Source: Candidatus Eiseniibacteriota bacterium
GTDB taxonomy: Bacteria; Eisenbacteria; RBG-16-71-46; CAIMUX01; VGJL01
Reading direction: 5' to 3'
DNA length: 64,000 nucleotides
NCBI GenBank assembly: GCA_963792585.1
Contig: CAWBWI010000001.1
Span: forward strand, 1,760,001 to 1,824,000
Shown here: positions 52,699 to 61,803 of the stretch, piece by piece
Layout of the letters: every line of letters starts with the position of its first letter
Numbering within the stretch: the stretch's first letter is position 1
Notes under the pieces: generated by a model
The model's database searches: none
What the model was told of the DNA's origin: nothing
Seen by the model: only the letters and a program-made list of their open reading frames with translations
Program-made: the position numbers and the translations under genes

Positions 52699-53408
52699 GC
52701 GACGCGCGGACGCTTCTGCGTTCGCTTCGTTCCGGGACGATCGAAGCGCCAGCCTTCCTCTTCGAGGATGCGCAGGAGCAGGCCACCTACCTGGGAAGTG
52801 ATCGCCGAGAGGCGCGAGCGGATCACGGGAGTCAACTCGGAACCCGGCTCGACGCGATACGGCTCGATCGCGATCAGATCGGTGCCGTGTTCGGGCACCG
52901 CCTCCTCGAGCCAGAACGGAAGGTGATCGAAGATCTCATGCGGGGCGGGGTGGTAGAAGCGAATCAAGTTCAGCCCTGAGGGGCGACGCTGTTCGAGGTG
53001 CCAGTGCTGCACGTGCCCGGGACTGGCGTCGTGGCAGACCGCATCGATGAGGATCACGCGGCGGCGCCGGTCGAGCGCCGGACGGAGATTCTCGGAGGCC
53101 GTGGCTCCCTCGATCCAATCGACGATCGATCCGAGCTGGTGCTCGGTCGGCTTCACGGGCGCCGTCCCCTCGCGCGCCACCGCCGCGATCCAAGCGTGCT
53201 GCTGCCGTTCATCCACGAAGGCGACCTCGCCGCGCGGGGGCATCTTGCCGTGGAGCGAAGCGGATCGGGTCCCGGCCAAGGCGATCTCACCCAGGAGGGG
53301 GCGTACACGTCCCATCACGCGGAGCGCGAGGCCGTCGTCCGACATTTGCGGATTGCCCATGGCGACGACGGCGACCGGCCGAACCGGACGTCCCGACCTT
53401 TCGTCCAT
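52695..53408 (-). CDS. Divergent hydrogenase-maturation-protease-like protein
   Basis: VAVVAMGNPQMSDDGLA, VILIDAV, PG, 'IAIEP...GSELTP'; internal insertion. Confidence 0.6.
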   Translation of the reverse strand: MDERSGRPVRPVAVVAMGNPQMSDDGLALRVMGRVRPLLGEIALAGTRSASLHGKMPPRGEVAFVDERQQHAWIAAVAREGTAPVKPTEHQLGSIVDWIEGATASENLRPALDRRRRVILIDAVCHDASPGHVQHWHLEQRRPSGLNLIRFYHPAPHEIFDHLPFWLEEAVPEHGTDLIAIEPYRVEPGSELTPVIRSRLSAITSQVGGLLLRILEEEGWRFDRPGTKRTQKRPRVA

Positions 53409-53513
53409 GCGATGCCTCCCAGGGGCGGGCGAAGGGCGCCCCCCTCCAGGATGTGTCGGCTCGTCCGGGGATCGCCTTGAGTCGGGAGGCGTTCGCGCCG
53501 AAATCTTCCGCCG

Positions 53514-55259
53514 TCAGCGCGCCCCGTCGGGGGACGAAACGGTCGTGCGGGGCAATCTCGACACCATGGATGGTCTGCGGCCGGGGCCGCGCCCGGGCGC
53601 CTCCCGCCGCGGAATCCTCATCTCCATGCGCACGAGTTCGATCGGGATCGTGCCATGGCCGAGGACCTCATCATGGAAGGTGAGCAGATCGAATCGGTCT
53701 CCCAGCGTCGCTTTGGTGTCCTCGAGCAGCTCATCGATCAGGATCTTGCCGGCGACGTAGCTCATCGGCTGGGTCGGGTTCGCGCAATAGCGTCGAACCT
53801 CCGCGCGCGCATTCGGCCGCTCGATGCGCGCCTTGCGAACAAGGAAGGTCTCCGCTTCGGTGAACCCCATCTGACCCGTCTGCAGGCCAACGTCGATGAT
53901 GACGCGGCAGGCCCGCCAGAGCAGGTCCTTCAATTGCAGGAGTCTCACCCGTTCGTCCGTGAAATACCCGCGGCGGTACATCAGGTCCTCACAGTAGAGC
54001 GCCCATCCTTCGGAGAAGGTGCTCGACGTATAGATGAAACGGAGAGGATGACCCTTCACCTGATTCGCGCGGATCTGCTGAAGGTGGTGTCCCGGGCAGG
54101 CCTTGTGCAGGGCCGTGACCGGAATCCCGAAGCGCGCGTGTCCCCTCAAGAGAACCTCGCGCCGCTCCTCGGGCAACCCGGGGTCGACGGTCGTGACCCA
54201 GAAGGTGCCGCACTGCTTCTCCTCGAACGGGGCGGGACCGAGATAGGCGGCGTATGGGAAGATCGGCCGCGCGAACGCGGGGGTCGGCACGACCTCGCAG
54301 CACGCGTTCTCGGGAAGGGTGGCCAGCCCCGTCGAGCGGACGAATTCGCGCGCGCGCGCCATCTCGGAAGCGTAGGCGTTCAACACCTCGGCCTCGGTCG
54401 GGTGGACGAGCTTGACGCTCTCCACGACCTTGCTCCACGGCTTCCCTGATTCGATGCGCGCGGAGACCCGCTTCATCTCCCGCATCGCCTCCTGGTAGAC
54501 ATGCTGGCCGACGGCAATCAGCTCGTCCGCGTTCCAGGGAAGCGCATGCTCCTCGACGAGGAGCCGCTCGTAGGTCGCGCGTCCGACCGCAAAATCACCG
54601 TGGCTGTGCGGCATCAGGCTGCCCTCGAGCCACTCGTGGAACGCAAGCATCGCGGCGCGCGCTTCGAGCCCGGCGCTTTCGATGCCGCTGCGCAGGCGCG
54701 GATCACCGAGCGATGCCGCGAAGTCCTGGAGGGAGCGGTCGAAGAAGTCGATCGATCCGGCTGCGCTCATCGCGGCCGATTCCGTGAAGATCGCGGGAGG
54801 ATTGTGGAGGTTCTCCCGAGCTCGCTCGAGATGATGCGGGACCTGCTTCAGCCGGTCGATGAGCGGTTTCGCCCGTTTCTCCGGCGGGGCGAAGTCCCGC
54901 ACGAGGAGCGAGTAGAGACCGAAGACCACGTCGTCGACGTACAGAATCGGGGACTCGCGCCAGGCCGGGTGCTTCTGCAGTCGCAGGATCTGCGAGGCGA
55001 TCCCTCCGCGCGCAAGGCGCAGGTCGACCGCGCGATCGATCGAAAGTTCCCGCTCGCGGAAGTGCCCGAGGCTGTGGAGGTGGTCTTGTAGCGTCCCCAG
55101 TTCGCGCTCTGCCGCTTCCGGTGCGCGGTCGGGAAGCTCCCCGTCATTCGAGCCGTGAATCCCCAGCCAGGTGCCCTCGATGGGGTTCAACTCGACGTGG
55201 GACTTCAGGATCTGTTCGGCGAGTCGGTCAAACGCAGCATTCGTGTCCTGCTCCGGCAT
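53514..55259 (-). CDS. DUF885 family protein
   Basis: GTWLGIH...LPD, PGHHLQ, FSEGWALYCE, LWRACRVIIDVGL, EVRRY..PTQPMSY..G, FHDEVLGHG. Confidence 0.88.
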   Translation of the reverse strand: MPEQDTNAAFDRLAEQILKSHVELNPIEGTWLGIHGSNDGELPDRAPEAAERELGTLQDHLHSLGHFRERELSIDRAVDLRLARGGIASQILRLQKHPAWRESPILYVDDVVFGLYSLLVRDFAPPEKRAKPLIDRLKQVPHHLERARENLHNPPAIFTESAAMSAAGSIDFFDRSLQDFAASLGDPRLRSGIESAGLEARAAMLAFHEWLEGSLMPHSHGDFAVGRATYERLLVEEHALPWNADELIAVGQHVYQEAMREMKRVSARIESGKPWSKVVESVKLVHPTEAEVLNAYASEMARAREFVRSTGLATLPENACCEVVPTPAFARPIFPYAAYLGPAPFEEKQCGTFWVTTVDPGLPEERREVLLRGHARFGIPVTALHKACPGHHLQQIRANQVKGHPLRFIYTSSTFSEGWALYCEDLMYRRGYFTDERVRLLQLKDLLWRACRVIIDVGLQTGQMGFTEAETFLVRKARIERPNARAEVRRYCANPTQPMSYVAGKILIDELLEDTKATLGDRFDLLTFHDEVLGHGTIPIELVRMEMRIPRREAPGRGPGRRPSMVSRLPRTTVSSPDGAR

Positions 55260-55390
55260 GCGACCTCCCCCGGCAAACCCACCCCAAACGCGTAACCAGC
55301 CGGAGTATAGCAAGACGGCGAGATCGGCTGAAGAAAATCTGAATAGAAAGAGCTATTCGTATTAGTAGGACTGTTTATCATGCGGTGCGG

Positions 55391-56482
55391 TCAGGGGGCG
55401 TGGAAGAGGATATGGCAGATATCTCCGTCCCGCACGACATACTCCTTTCCCTCCACGCGGATTCTCCCGTGGCGGTGAAGCTCCGCGCGCGTTCGCAACT
55501 CCTCGACGTCCTCGAGATGAAAGACCTCCATCCGGATGAAGCCGCGCTCCATGTCCGTGTGGATGCGTCCCGCCGCTGCGGGGGCCTTCATCCCCTCGGG
55601 GATCAGCCACGCCTGCAGCTTCTCGTTCGCCGTCGTGTAGAAGGCGATCAGACGCAAGAGCGCGCGGGAAAGATCGAGCAGACGGTCGATTCCGCGACGG
55701 GGCAGGCCCAGGTCGGCGAGCATGCCGGCGCGCTCATCGGGGTCGAGGCGGGCGATCTCCTCCTCCAGCGAGACGGCGAGGGGCAGCAACGACTCGTCGC
55801 GCAGAGCACCGCGAAGCCGTTCGACCGCTGGAGCGCTCCCGCTGGGATCGTCCTCGGCGACGTTGGCGACGACGACCAACGGCTTCAGGGTCAACAGGAA
55901 GAGCTCGCGCGCCTTCGCGTGCTCGTCGGGCGCAAGGTCCATGCGGCGCAACGGCTCACCACGACGCAAGTCGGCGATGAGCCGATCCAGGATCCCGACC
56001 TCCGCGTCGGCCTGCCGCGGGCTGGCTTTCGCGCGGGCGAGCACCTTGGCCCGATGCCGCTCGACCGTATCGAGATCGGCGAGCAACAGCTCGGTCTCCA
56101 CGATCTCGAGGTCGCGCAGGGGATCGATGGCGCCCGCCACGTGAACGATCCGCTCGTGGTCGAAGCAGCGGACGACGTGCACGAGGGCGTCCACCTCCCG
56201 GATGTGTCCGAGGAACTGGTTGCCGAGCCCTTCTCCCTTGCTCGCTCCCTTCACCAGACCGGCGATGTCGACGAAGCGAATCGCTGCCGGAATCGTCTCC
56301 TGGGGCGTCAGCAGTTCGGCGAGACGCGCGAGGCGCGGATCCTCGATCGAGGCTACACCGACGTTCTTGTCGATCGTGCAGAATGGGTAGTTCGAGGCTT
56401 CGGCGTGCGCGTGCGTGAGGGCGTTGAGCAATGTCGACTTGCCGACGTTCGGCAATCCGACGATTCCCATCTGCAGGGCCAT
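55391..56482 (-). CDS. ychF: Redox-regulated ATPase YchF
   Basis: GIVGLPNVGKST, NYPFCTI, DIAGLVKGASKGEGLGNQFL, IHTDMERGFIR, EGKEYVVRDGD. Confidence 0.95.
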   Translation of the reverse strand: MALQMGIVGLPNVGKSTLLNALTHAHAEASNYPFCTIDKNVGVASIEDPRLARLAELLTPQETIPAAIRFVDIAGLVKGASKGEGLGNQFLGHIREVDALVHVVRCFDHERIVHVAGAIDPLRDLEIVETELLLADLDTVERHRAKVLARAKASPRQADAEVGILDRLIADLRRGEPLRRMDLAPDEHAKARELFLLTLKPLVVVANVAEDDPSGSAPAVERLRGALRDESLLPLAVSLEEEIARLDPDERAGMLADLGLPRRGIDRLLDLSRALLRLIAFYTTANEKLQAWLIPEGMKAPAAAGRIHTDMERGFIRMEVFHLEDVEELRTRAELHRHGRIRVEGKEYVVRDGDICHILFHAP

Positions 56483-56514
56483 GGCACCTCCCCGGCGCGG
56501 CGGTCCGGAGCGAT

Positions 56515-57162
56515 CTAGGGCTGCTGCGCGCTGAGATAGGCGACGAGCGAACGAACCTGCGATTCCGTTAATCCGAAGTTCGGCATCTCGGATGTCGGCC
56601 AGAGTCGCTGCGGGTCGCGCAAGTTCGCGGCGATATAGGAAGGGCGTAGCCTGCCCCCCACGCCGGTCAGATCGGGTCCGATCGTCTCCCCCACCCCGTT
56701 CATCCGGTGGCATGAGCCGCAGGCTGTCTGCTGGTAGAGGGTGGCTCCCGCAGCAACCGCTGCGGTGTCCGCGGCAACCGTCTCGAGTCCCGGCGCCTCG
56801 GGCACGAGGGACGTGTCGCGAAGCGTCTCGAGGAATCGGGCGACCGAAAGGGCGTCGATCCCCGAAAGCCCGCTGCCTGCCGCGGGTGGCTCCATCAGAA
56901 ACGTCTCGATCCAGCCGCGCTGGAAGCGGCTGCCCGCGAAGCGATGCGGTCTGGCAACCGCTCTCGGCCCGCGAATCGGATGCAGCGGGGCGGGCGCATC
57001 CGGGACGACGGCGGCGGCGTCATGGCAGGTCCCGCAGTGGCGCTCTTCGTAGAGTCTCTTGCCCCGCTCGGCGGTCGCCGCGGGCCGATCGGCCGAGGCC
57101 GAGCAGGAGGCGAGGCCGGCGAACACGATCCCCGAGAGGGCCAAGAGAGCGAGCCTGTTCAT
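56515..57162 (-). CDS. Diheme c-type cytochrome, probable lipoprotein
   Basis: CGTCH and CGSCH, GPDL, MPNFGL axial Met; lipobox LASC. Confidence 0.8.
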   Translation of the reverse strand: MNRLALLALSGIVFAGLASCSASADRPAATAERGKRLYEERHCGTCHDAAAVVPDAPAPLHPIRGPRAVARPHRFAGSRFQRGWIETFLMEPPAAGSGLSGIDALSVARFLETLRDTSLVPEAPGLETVAADTAAVAAGATLYQQTACGSCHRMNGVGETIGPDLTGVGGRLRPSYIAANLRDPQRLWPTSEMPNFGLTESQVRSLVAYLSAQQP

Positions 57163-57485
57163 GGCCGGGAGAATACCACGCGGGGGGAACGCCCGGCGAC
57201 CGGGGGGATCCTGGTCCGCATGGGCCATTAGGAGCTCGGATCGGGGAGCCGGAGGACTCCCGGCGGGTGAAGCCCGCTGGGGAAATATCAGAAGGGAATG
57301 TGGCGGGATGTGGAGCGAAGTGCTAATGTTGCTCGATTGGTCCGAAAGCGTGTGGCCCGATCGACGATCGACCGCAGCACCGGCAACCGTACCGTCCCCG
57401 GCCACTCCCACGTCCCGGATCAATCATAGTGTCGACTCGCTTAGAGGCCGCCCCGGATCAAATTGTGCCAGCAGGGAGGCGCGCC

Positions 57486-59072
57486 ATGGTTCATCGGAAG
57501 CATCTGGTGACCGTCTTGGTTGGGATCGCATTGGGGGGCACCGGGTGCTCCTCGAGTCATAGGGGGTCCTCCGCGGCCTTGCGCGACGGAGACCCGACGC
57601 GGGCCGAATCGCTTGCCGAGGAGCGCCTCGCAACCAGCGAAGATGATTGGGTCTCATGGCGCGATCTGGGGATTGCCAGATACCAGCTCACCCGGCCGGC
57701 GGAGGCCATCGACCCACTTGGGCGTGCACTCAACCTCCGGCCCGAAGATCGGCAAACGCTGCTGTTCCGAGGGCGTGCGTATGACGCGATTGACAGCATC
57801 CCCAAAGCAATCGCGGCCTATGGAGCTTACGTCGCGCGGGCGAAGGGCAAGGATGAGGCCACCGTCCGGGGACGGATGGAGCAGCTCCGGCGGCAACTCA
57901 TGAAGGCTGACATCGCCCGGATCGTCGCACGCGAGCACGACATCAACAGAATCCCCCTGCAGAAGAACACGATTGCGGTTCCAGATTTCACGAATCCCGC
58001 GAAAACCGACACCCTTCGACCGGTGGCCAAGGGACTCGCGGTGATGACCATCACGGATCTCCTGCGGGTCGACAGTCTCCGGATCGTCGAGAGAGACCGA
58101 CTCACGACCCTTCTGGATGAGTTGCGGCGGGCGAATCCGCGAGCCACCGAAGCATCCAACGCTTCCGCGCCCCAACTGGAACCGGTATCGAGCGTGAAGG
58201 GACAGCAGCAGAGACTGGCAGGGCTCAGAGATCCCGCTGGGGGTGCACCTTTCTACGGTGGGGAAACGAACGGCAGATCGGCCCCCGAGTTCATCGACGC
58301 GGTGAAGCGCTTCCAGAAGGCGCACCGCTTGACGGCGGATGGGATCGCGGGCCGTAAGACCCAGAGCACGTTGGAGGATGAGTGGAATCGCCTCGGCGGA
58401 GAAACGGCTGAGCCGACGCCGGCGACGGCCATCGAGGCAGGAACCGCTCCCCGATTGGGCCGATTGCTTGGCGCACAGAAGATTGTGCAGGGATCTGTCC
58501 TCCCGCTGGGCTCGGAGAGGATCCAGGTCACGGCGGACCTGCAAAACACTCTGACAGGTGAGGCGATCGGCACAACCCCGCCGATCGAAGGTGCCTTCAC
58601 TCAGATCCTCGATCTTCAGAAGGGTCTCGTCTTCGAGATTCTCGAGCTGCTCGGCGTCCGACCGGGTAACAAATTGCGCCGGGAGTTGGAACAAAGGAGC
58701 ACCCGAGACCTGGAAGCCTTCCTGGCCTTCTGCCGCGGGCTTGATCTGGAAGACCGCGGATTGCGCTCCGAGGCCCTCGATGCGTACCGAGAGGCAACCT
58801 CCCGGGATCCTGGGTTCGGGCTGGCGAGCCGTTCCGCAGCCGCCCTCTCGGTCGGAGCGAATGATCTTCAAGAGACGGAACAATCGGAGGCCAGCGAGCT
58901 GGGCGGAGAATCGTTGGACATTGGAGATCGTGCCGCGGAGACCGGCGATCGACTCGGGATCTCTCCTACCGACGGCAACCCGACGGCGCTGGACACGCGC
59001 CGCCCCGACAACCTCCGAGGAGGGACGATTGTTGTAGAGGGAGAGCTCCCCGGTGGTGGGAGGAAACGATGA
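57486..59072 (+). CDS. TPR lipoprotein with CsgG/TolB-N-like domain and inserted peptidoglycan-binding domain
   Basis: Lipobox-like GTGC; TPR helices; 'TIAVPDF...LRIVERDRL' and 'APRLGRLLGAQKIVQGS' flank 'AVKRFQKAHRLTADGIAGRKT'. Confidence 0.75.
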   Translation: MVHRKHLVTVLVGIALGGTGCSSSHRGSSAALRDGDPTRAESLAEERLATSEDDWVSWRDLGIARYQLTRPAEAIDPLGRALNLRPEDRQTLLFRGRAYDAIDSIPKAIAAYGAYVARAKGKDEATVRGRMEQLRRQLMKADIARIVAREHDINRIPLQKNTIAVPDFTNPAKTDTLRPVAKGLAVMTITDLLRVDSLRIVERDRLTTLLDELRRANPRATEASNASAPQLEPVSSVKGQQQRLAGLRDPAGGAPFYGGETNGRSAPEFIDAVKRFQKAHRLTADGIAGRKTQSTLEDEWNRLGGETAEPTPATAIEAGTAPRLGRLLGAQKIVQGSVLPLGSERIQVTADLQNTLTGEAIGTTPPIEGAFTQILDLQKGLVFEILELLGVRPGNKLRRELEQRSTRDLEAFLAFCRGLDLEDRGLRSEALDAYREATSRDPGFGLASRSAAALSVGANDLQETEQSEASELGGESLDIGDRAAETGDRLGISPTDGNPTALDTRRPDNLRGGTIVVEGELPGGGRKR

Positions 59073-60169
59073 AGCCGATCTCGCTTCTCGTATTCGCGGC
59101 GGGTGCGGTTCTCACCGTGACCGCTCCATCGAGGGGTGCGACCGAGATCAAGGTGAGGATCCCCGCGTCGTACCGATCGTGGCAATTCTCCGAGGCCGAC
59201 ACGACCGTGACTGCATCGCAGTGGGTAGCGCCGGTGGTCATCTCGCTCGGACTGTCGCGGAGCGTCGATCTGCTGCTGCAGGGCGCGGTGCAGACGGGCA
59301 AGCGCGACGCCGTGGAGTCCTCCAACCTCTCCGGAGCAACGGATGCGCGCGCGGCACTCCGATGGGGCTCGTCCGGCGGACGGCTGCAGCTCCAGGCAGG
59401 GCTGAACATTCCGACGGGAACTCGCGAGCTGGATGAGGAGCAGCAACGCGTCTCGATAGCGCTGGCGCCTCCGTTCCTCGGGTATCGGGTGCGCCAGACC
59501 GGGAAGGGTCTGGATGTTGGTGGTGGCGTCACGTGTGCGTTCCCGCTGTCGGACGGATGGGCCCTCGGCGTGGGTGGAAGCTATCTCCATCGTGGCAGCT
59601 TTCGCGCGGTGAAGGGGGCCGCGGAGATCCGCCCTGGTGGCGAGATCACCGCCTCCGCCGGAGTCAGCGGTGAGCTCGCGGGACTGGGCGTCCGGGTGGA
59701 CGGCACACGGCGCATCTACGCTGAGGACGGAGAAGGTTCGAACTACAAAGAGCCGGCCGTGTGGGAGGGATCGATGGCCGCGGGCAATGCAGGGCGCGTA
59801 TGGGGATTCGATGTCGCCCTCCTCTTGAGCCACAAGGAAGACGCCGAGGCCGGGTCGTCACCCTATTCGGGGAATTATCTGGGAGGATCGGGCGAGATTC
59901 GACACAGCCTCGGATCGGGCGTCCAGATCGGGGTCGCCGGTGAGGTTGTTCGTTTTCGCAGTACCGAGATCGAGGGCGTGAGTTTCGCCAGCACGACGGG
60001 CGGTGTGGGCCCCAGTCTGGTCCTCTCGTTCGGCGAGGGCACGCGCGTCGAGGGCCGGCTCAAGCGGCTCATGGGAACTCTGGATCCGGGAATCGGAGAC
60101 AGCCAGTCGATCGATGGCTGGGACGCCGTCGTCGCTCTGAGCTTCACCGGGGGCTCGCGGGATCGTTGA
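59069..60169 (+). CDS. Probable outer-membrane beta-barrel protein
   Basis: ATGA overlap with the upstream gene; signal peptide; Gly-rich amphipathic strands; 'LSGATD', 'GLNIPTG'. Confidence 0.65.
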   Translation: MKPISLLVFAAGAVLTVTAPSRGATEIKVRIPASYRSWQFSEADTTVTASQWVAPVVISLGLSRSVDLLLQGAVQTGKRDAVESSNLSGATDARAALRWGSSGGRLQLQAGLNIPTGTRELDEEQQRVSIALAPPFLGYRVRQTGKGLDVGGGVTCAFPLSDGWALGVGGSYLHRGSFRAVKGAAEIRPGGEITASAGVSGELAGLGVRVDGTRRIYAEDGEGSNYKEPAVWEGSMAAGNAGRVWGFDVALLLSHKEDAEAGSSPYSGNYLGGSGEIRHSLGSGVQIGVAGEVVRFRSTEIEGVSFASTTGGVGPSLVLSFGEGTRVEGRLKRLMGTLDPGIGDSQSIDGWDAVVALSFTGGSRDR

Positions 60170-60240
60170 TCTCCAATGAACCGCTGCCCCGTTGAACGAT
60201 CGGTGAAGGGACGCGCCCGGTCCAAGGAGGTTTTTCACAG

Positions 60241-61803
60241 GTGTCCGAGACGATGGTGAACGCAAAGCCTCTCGCGCCGGTCGACGAGCTTTCCGAATGG
60301 AGGACGGAGGCATTCGAAGCTCTCAGGGCAGCCCTCCTCCGAACAGGTTACACGGACTCGATCCTCCACTTCGCCGAGGGCGTCGCGCCGGCGATGTTCG
60401 ATCACCTGCGTCTCCCCCTGGTGAACCGTGCGCTCGAGAGGCGGGGAGACGCCGCGGCCACCCTCGCACGCCTCTTCGCCTATGACGACGCGATCGAGCC
60501 CAGGACTCTGCAGGGGCTTCTCGGGACAGAGTGCTACGGCGTCCTGGAATCCTCCGGGATCCTGAAGACCGCCTCTTCTGCGGCCGATCGGGTGCGATCC
60601 CGATTCCGTCTGCTGCCTCTGGAGGGTCTCTGGATCCTCTCGGATCGGTTCGATGCCGGGACGGATTGTGTCATGGGCCCGGGGCCGACGACCGTGCAGC
60701 TCATCCGCCTCCTCCCCGAACGCGTCACCGGATCGGTGCTCGACGTGGGCTGCGGCGCGGGCAGCCTTGCGCTGGTGGCGGCTTCCCGTGGGGCATCGCC
60801 AGTAATCGGAGTCGATCTCAATGCGCGGGCGCTGGAAACGGCCCGCTTCAACGCGCGGCTGAATGGGCTAAACGTGGACTTCAGGCAAGGGGATCTGCTC
60901 CAGCCGGTGATTCACGACTCCTTCGATCTGATCGTCGCCCAACCCCCCTATGTCTCCCATCCCCCCGGTGTGCCCGCGACGACCTACCTGCACGGTGGTC
61001 CGCAAGGGGATGAAATCGCGATGCGGCTGATCTCGGATCTGCCGCGCGTCCTCTCCCCGACAGGACGCGCGCTGATCCTCATGGATACAGCAGTGCGAAA
61101 GGGAGACTTGCTGTCGAATCGTATCCGCCTCCTCCTGCACGATGCCCCCGTCGACCTGGTCGTGCTCGCAGCGCCGGGCGCGTCGGCGGATCTCCAATCA
61201 ATCGGCTATGCCCTCCTCGATTCTGCCGAAGTCGGATCCGAGTATTCGGCCGCCGTACGCCGGTACCGGGACCACATGGATGCCCTTGGTATCGAGGAAT
61301 TCCGGCACTGCTTGGCCATGCTGCGCGCTCATATCGGCGGTCCCCGGACGGGCGGCCGCTTCACGATCCAACTGAGGGTTCGCACTCTCCCCAAGCGCGC
61401 AGCGACCCTGGAGCGGATCCTCGCGGGACTCGACCTCGCCGCCTTGGATGACGGGGCCCTACGCCGCCGCGCCGTCCGGGCCGCGTCTGGCGCGTTGTGG
61501 GTCGAAGAGAGGCAGGGGTTGGATCCGGCGAGCGAGTCTACGAACTGTGTTCGGTTCGCTCCCGATGACATTCTTCTCGATCAGGAGATCAGCGAGGCCG
61601 GGCGGACCTTGATCGAGGTCCTACATGAGGAAGCGACGATCGACGCCGCGATCGCCCGCTATGCCGCTGTTTGTGATGCCGCGCCCGATGAGGTGAGCGG
61701 TCACGTCCTCGACTTCGTCAGGGAAGGTCTATCGCGAGGCACGCTCGAAGGGGCTCCGGCGGCAACGGAGCACGGCTGTGCGCCCGGGCTGCAGGAGGGG
61801 TGA
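60241..61803 (+). CDS. Class I SAM methyltransferase (MTS/HemK-like) with C-terminal PqqD-like helical domain
   Basis: VLDVGCGAG, GVDLNARA, GDL, FDLIVAQPPY; C-terminal 'TIDAAIARYA...VLDFVREGLSRGTL'. Confidence 0.75.
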   Translation: MSETMVNAKPLAPVDELSEWRTEAFEALRAALLRTGYTDSILHFAEGVAPAMFDHLRLPLVNRALERRGDAAATLARLFAYDDAIEPRTLQGLLGTECYGVLESSGILKTASSAADRVRSRFRLLPLEGLWILSDRFDAGTDCVMGPGPTTVQLIRLLPERVTGSVLDVGCGAGSLALVAASRGASPVIGVDLNARALETARFNARLNGLNVDFRQGDLLQPVIHDSFDLIVAQPPYVSHPPGVPATTYLHGGPQGDEIAMRLISDLPRVLSPTGRALILMDTAVRKGDLLSNRIRLLLHDAPVDLVVLAAPGASADLQSIGYALLDSAEVGSEYSAAVRRYRDHMDALGIEEFRHCLAMLRAHIGGPRTGGRFTIQLRVRTLPKRAATLERILAGLDLAALDDGALRRRAVRAASGALWVEERQGLDPASESTNCVRFAPDDILLDQEISEAGRTLIEVLHEEATIDAAIARYAAVCDAAPDEVSGHVLDFVREGLSRGTLEGAPAATEHGCAPGLQEG

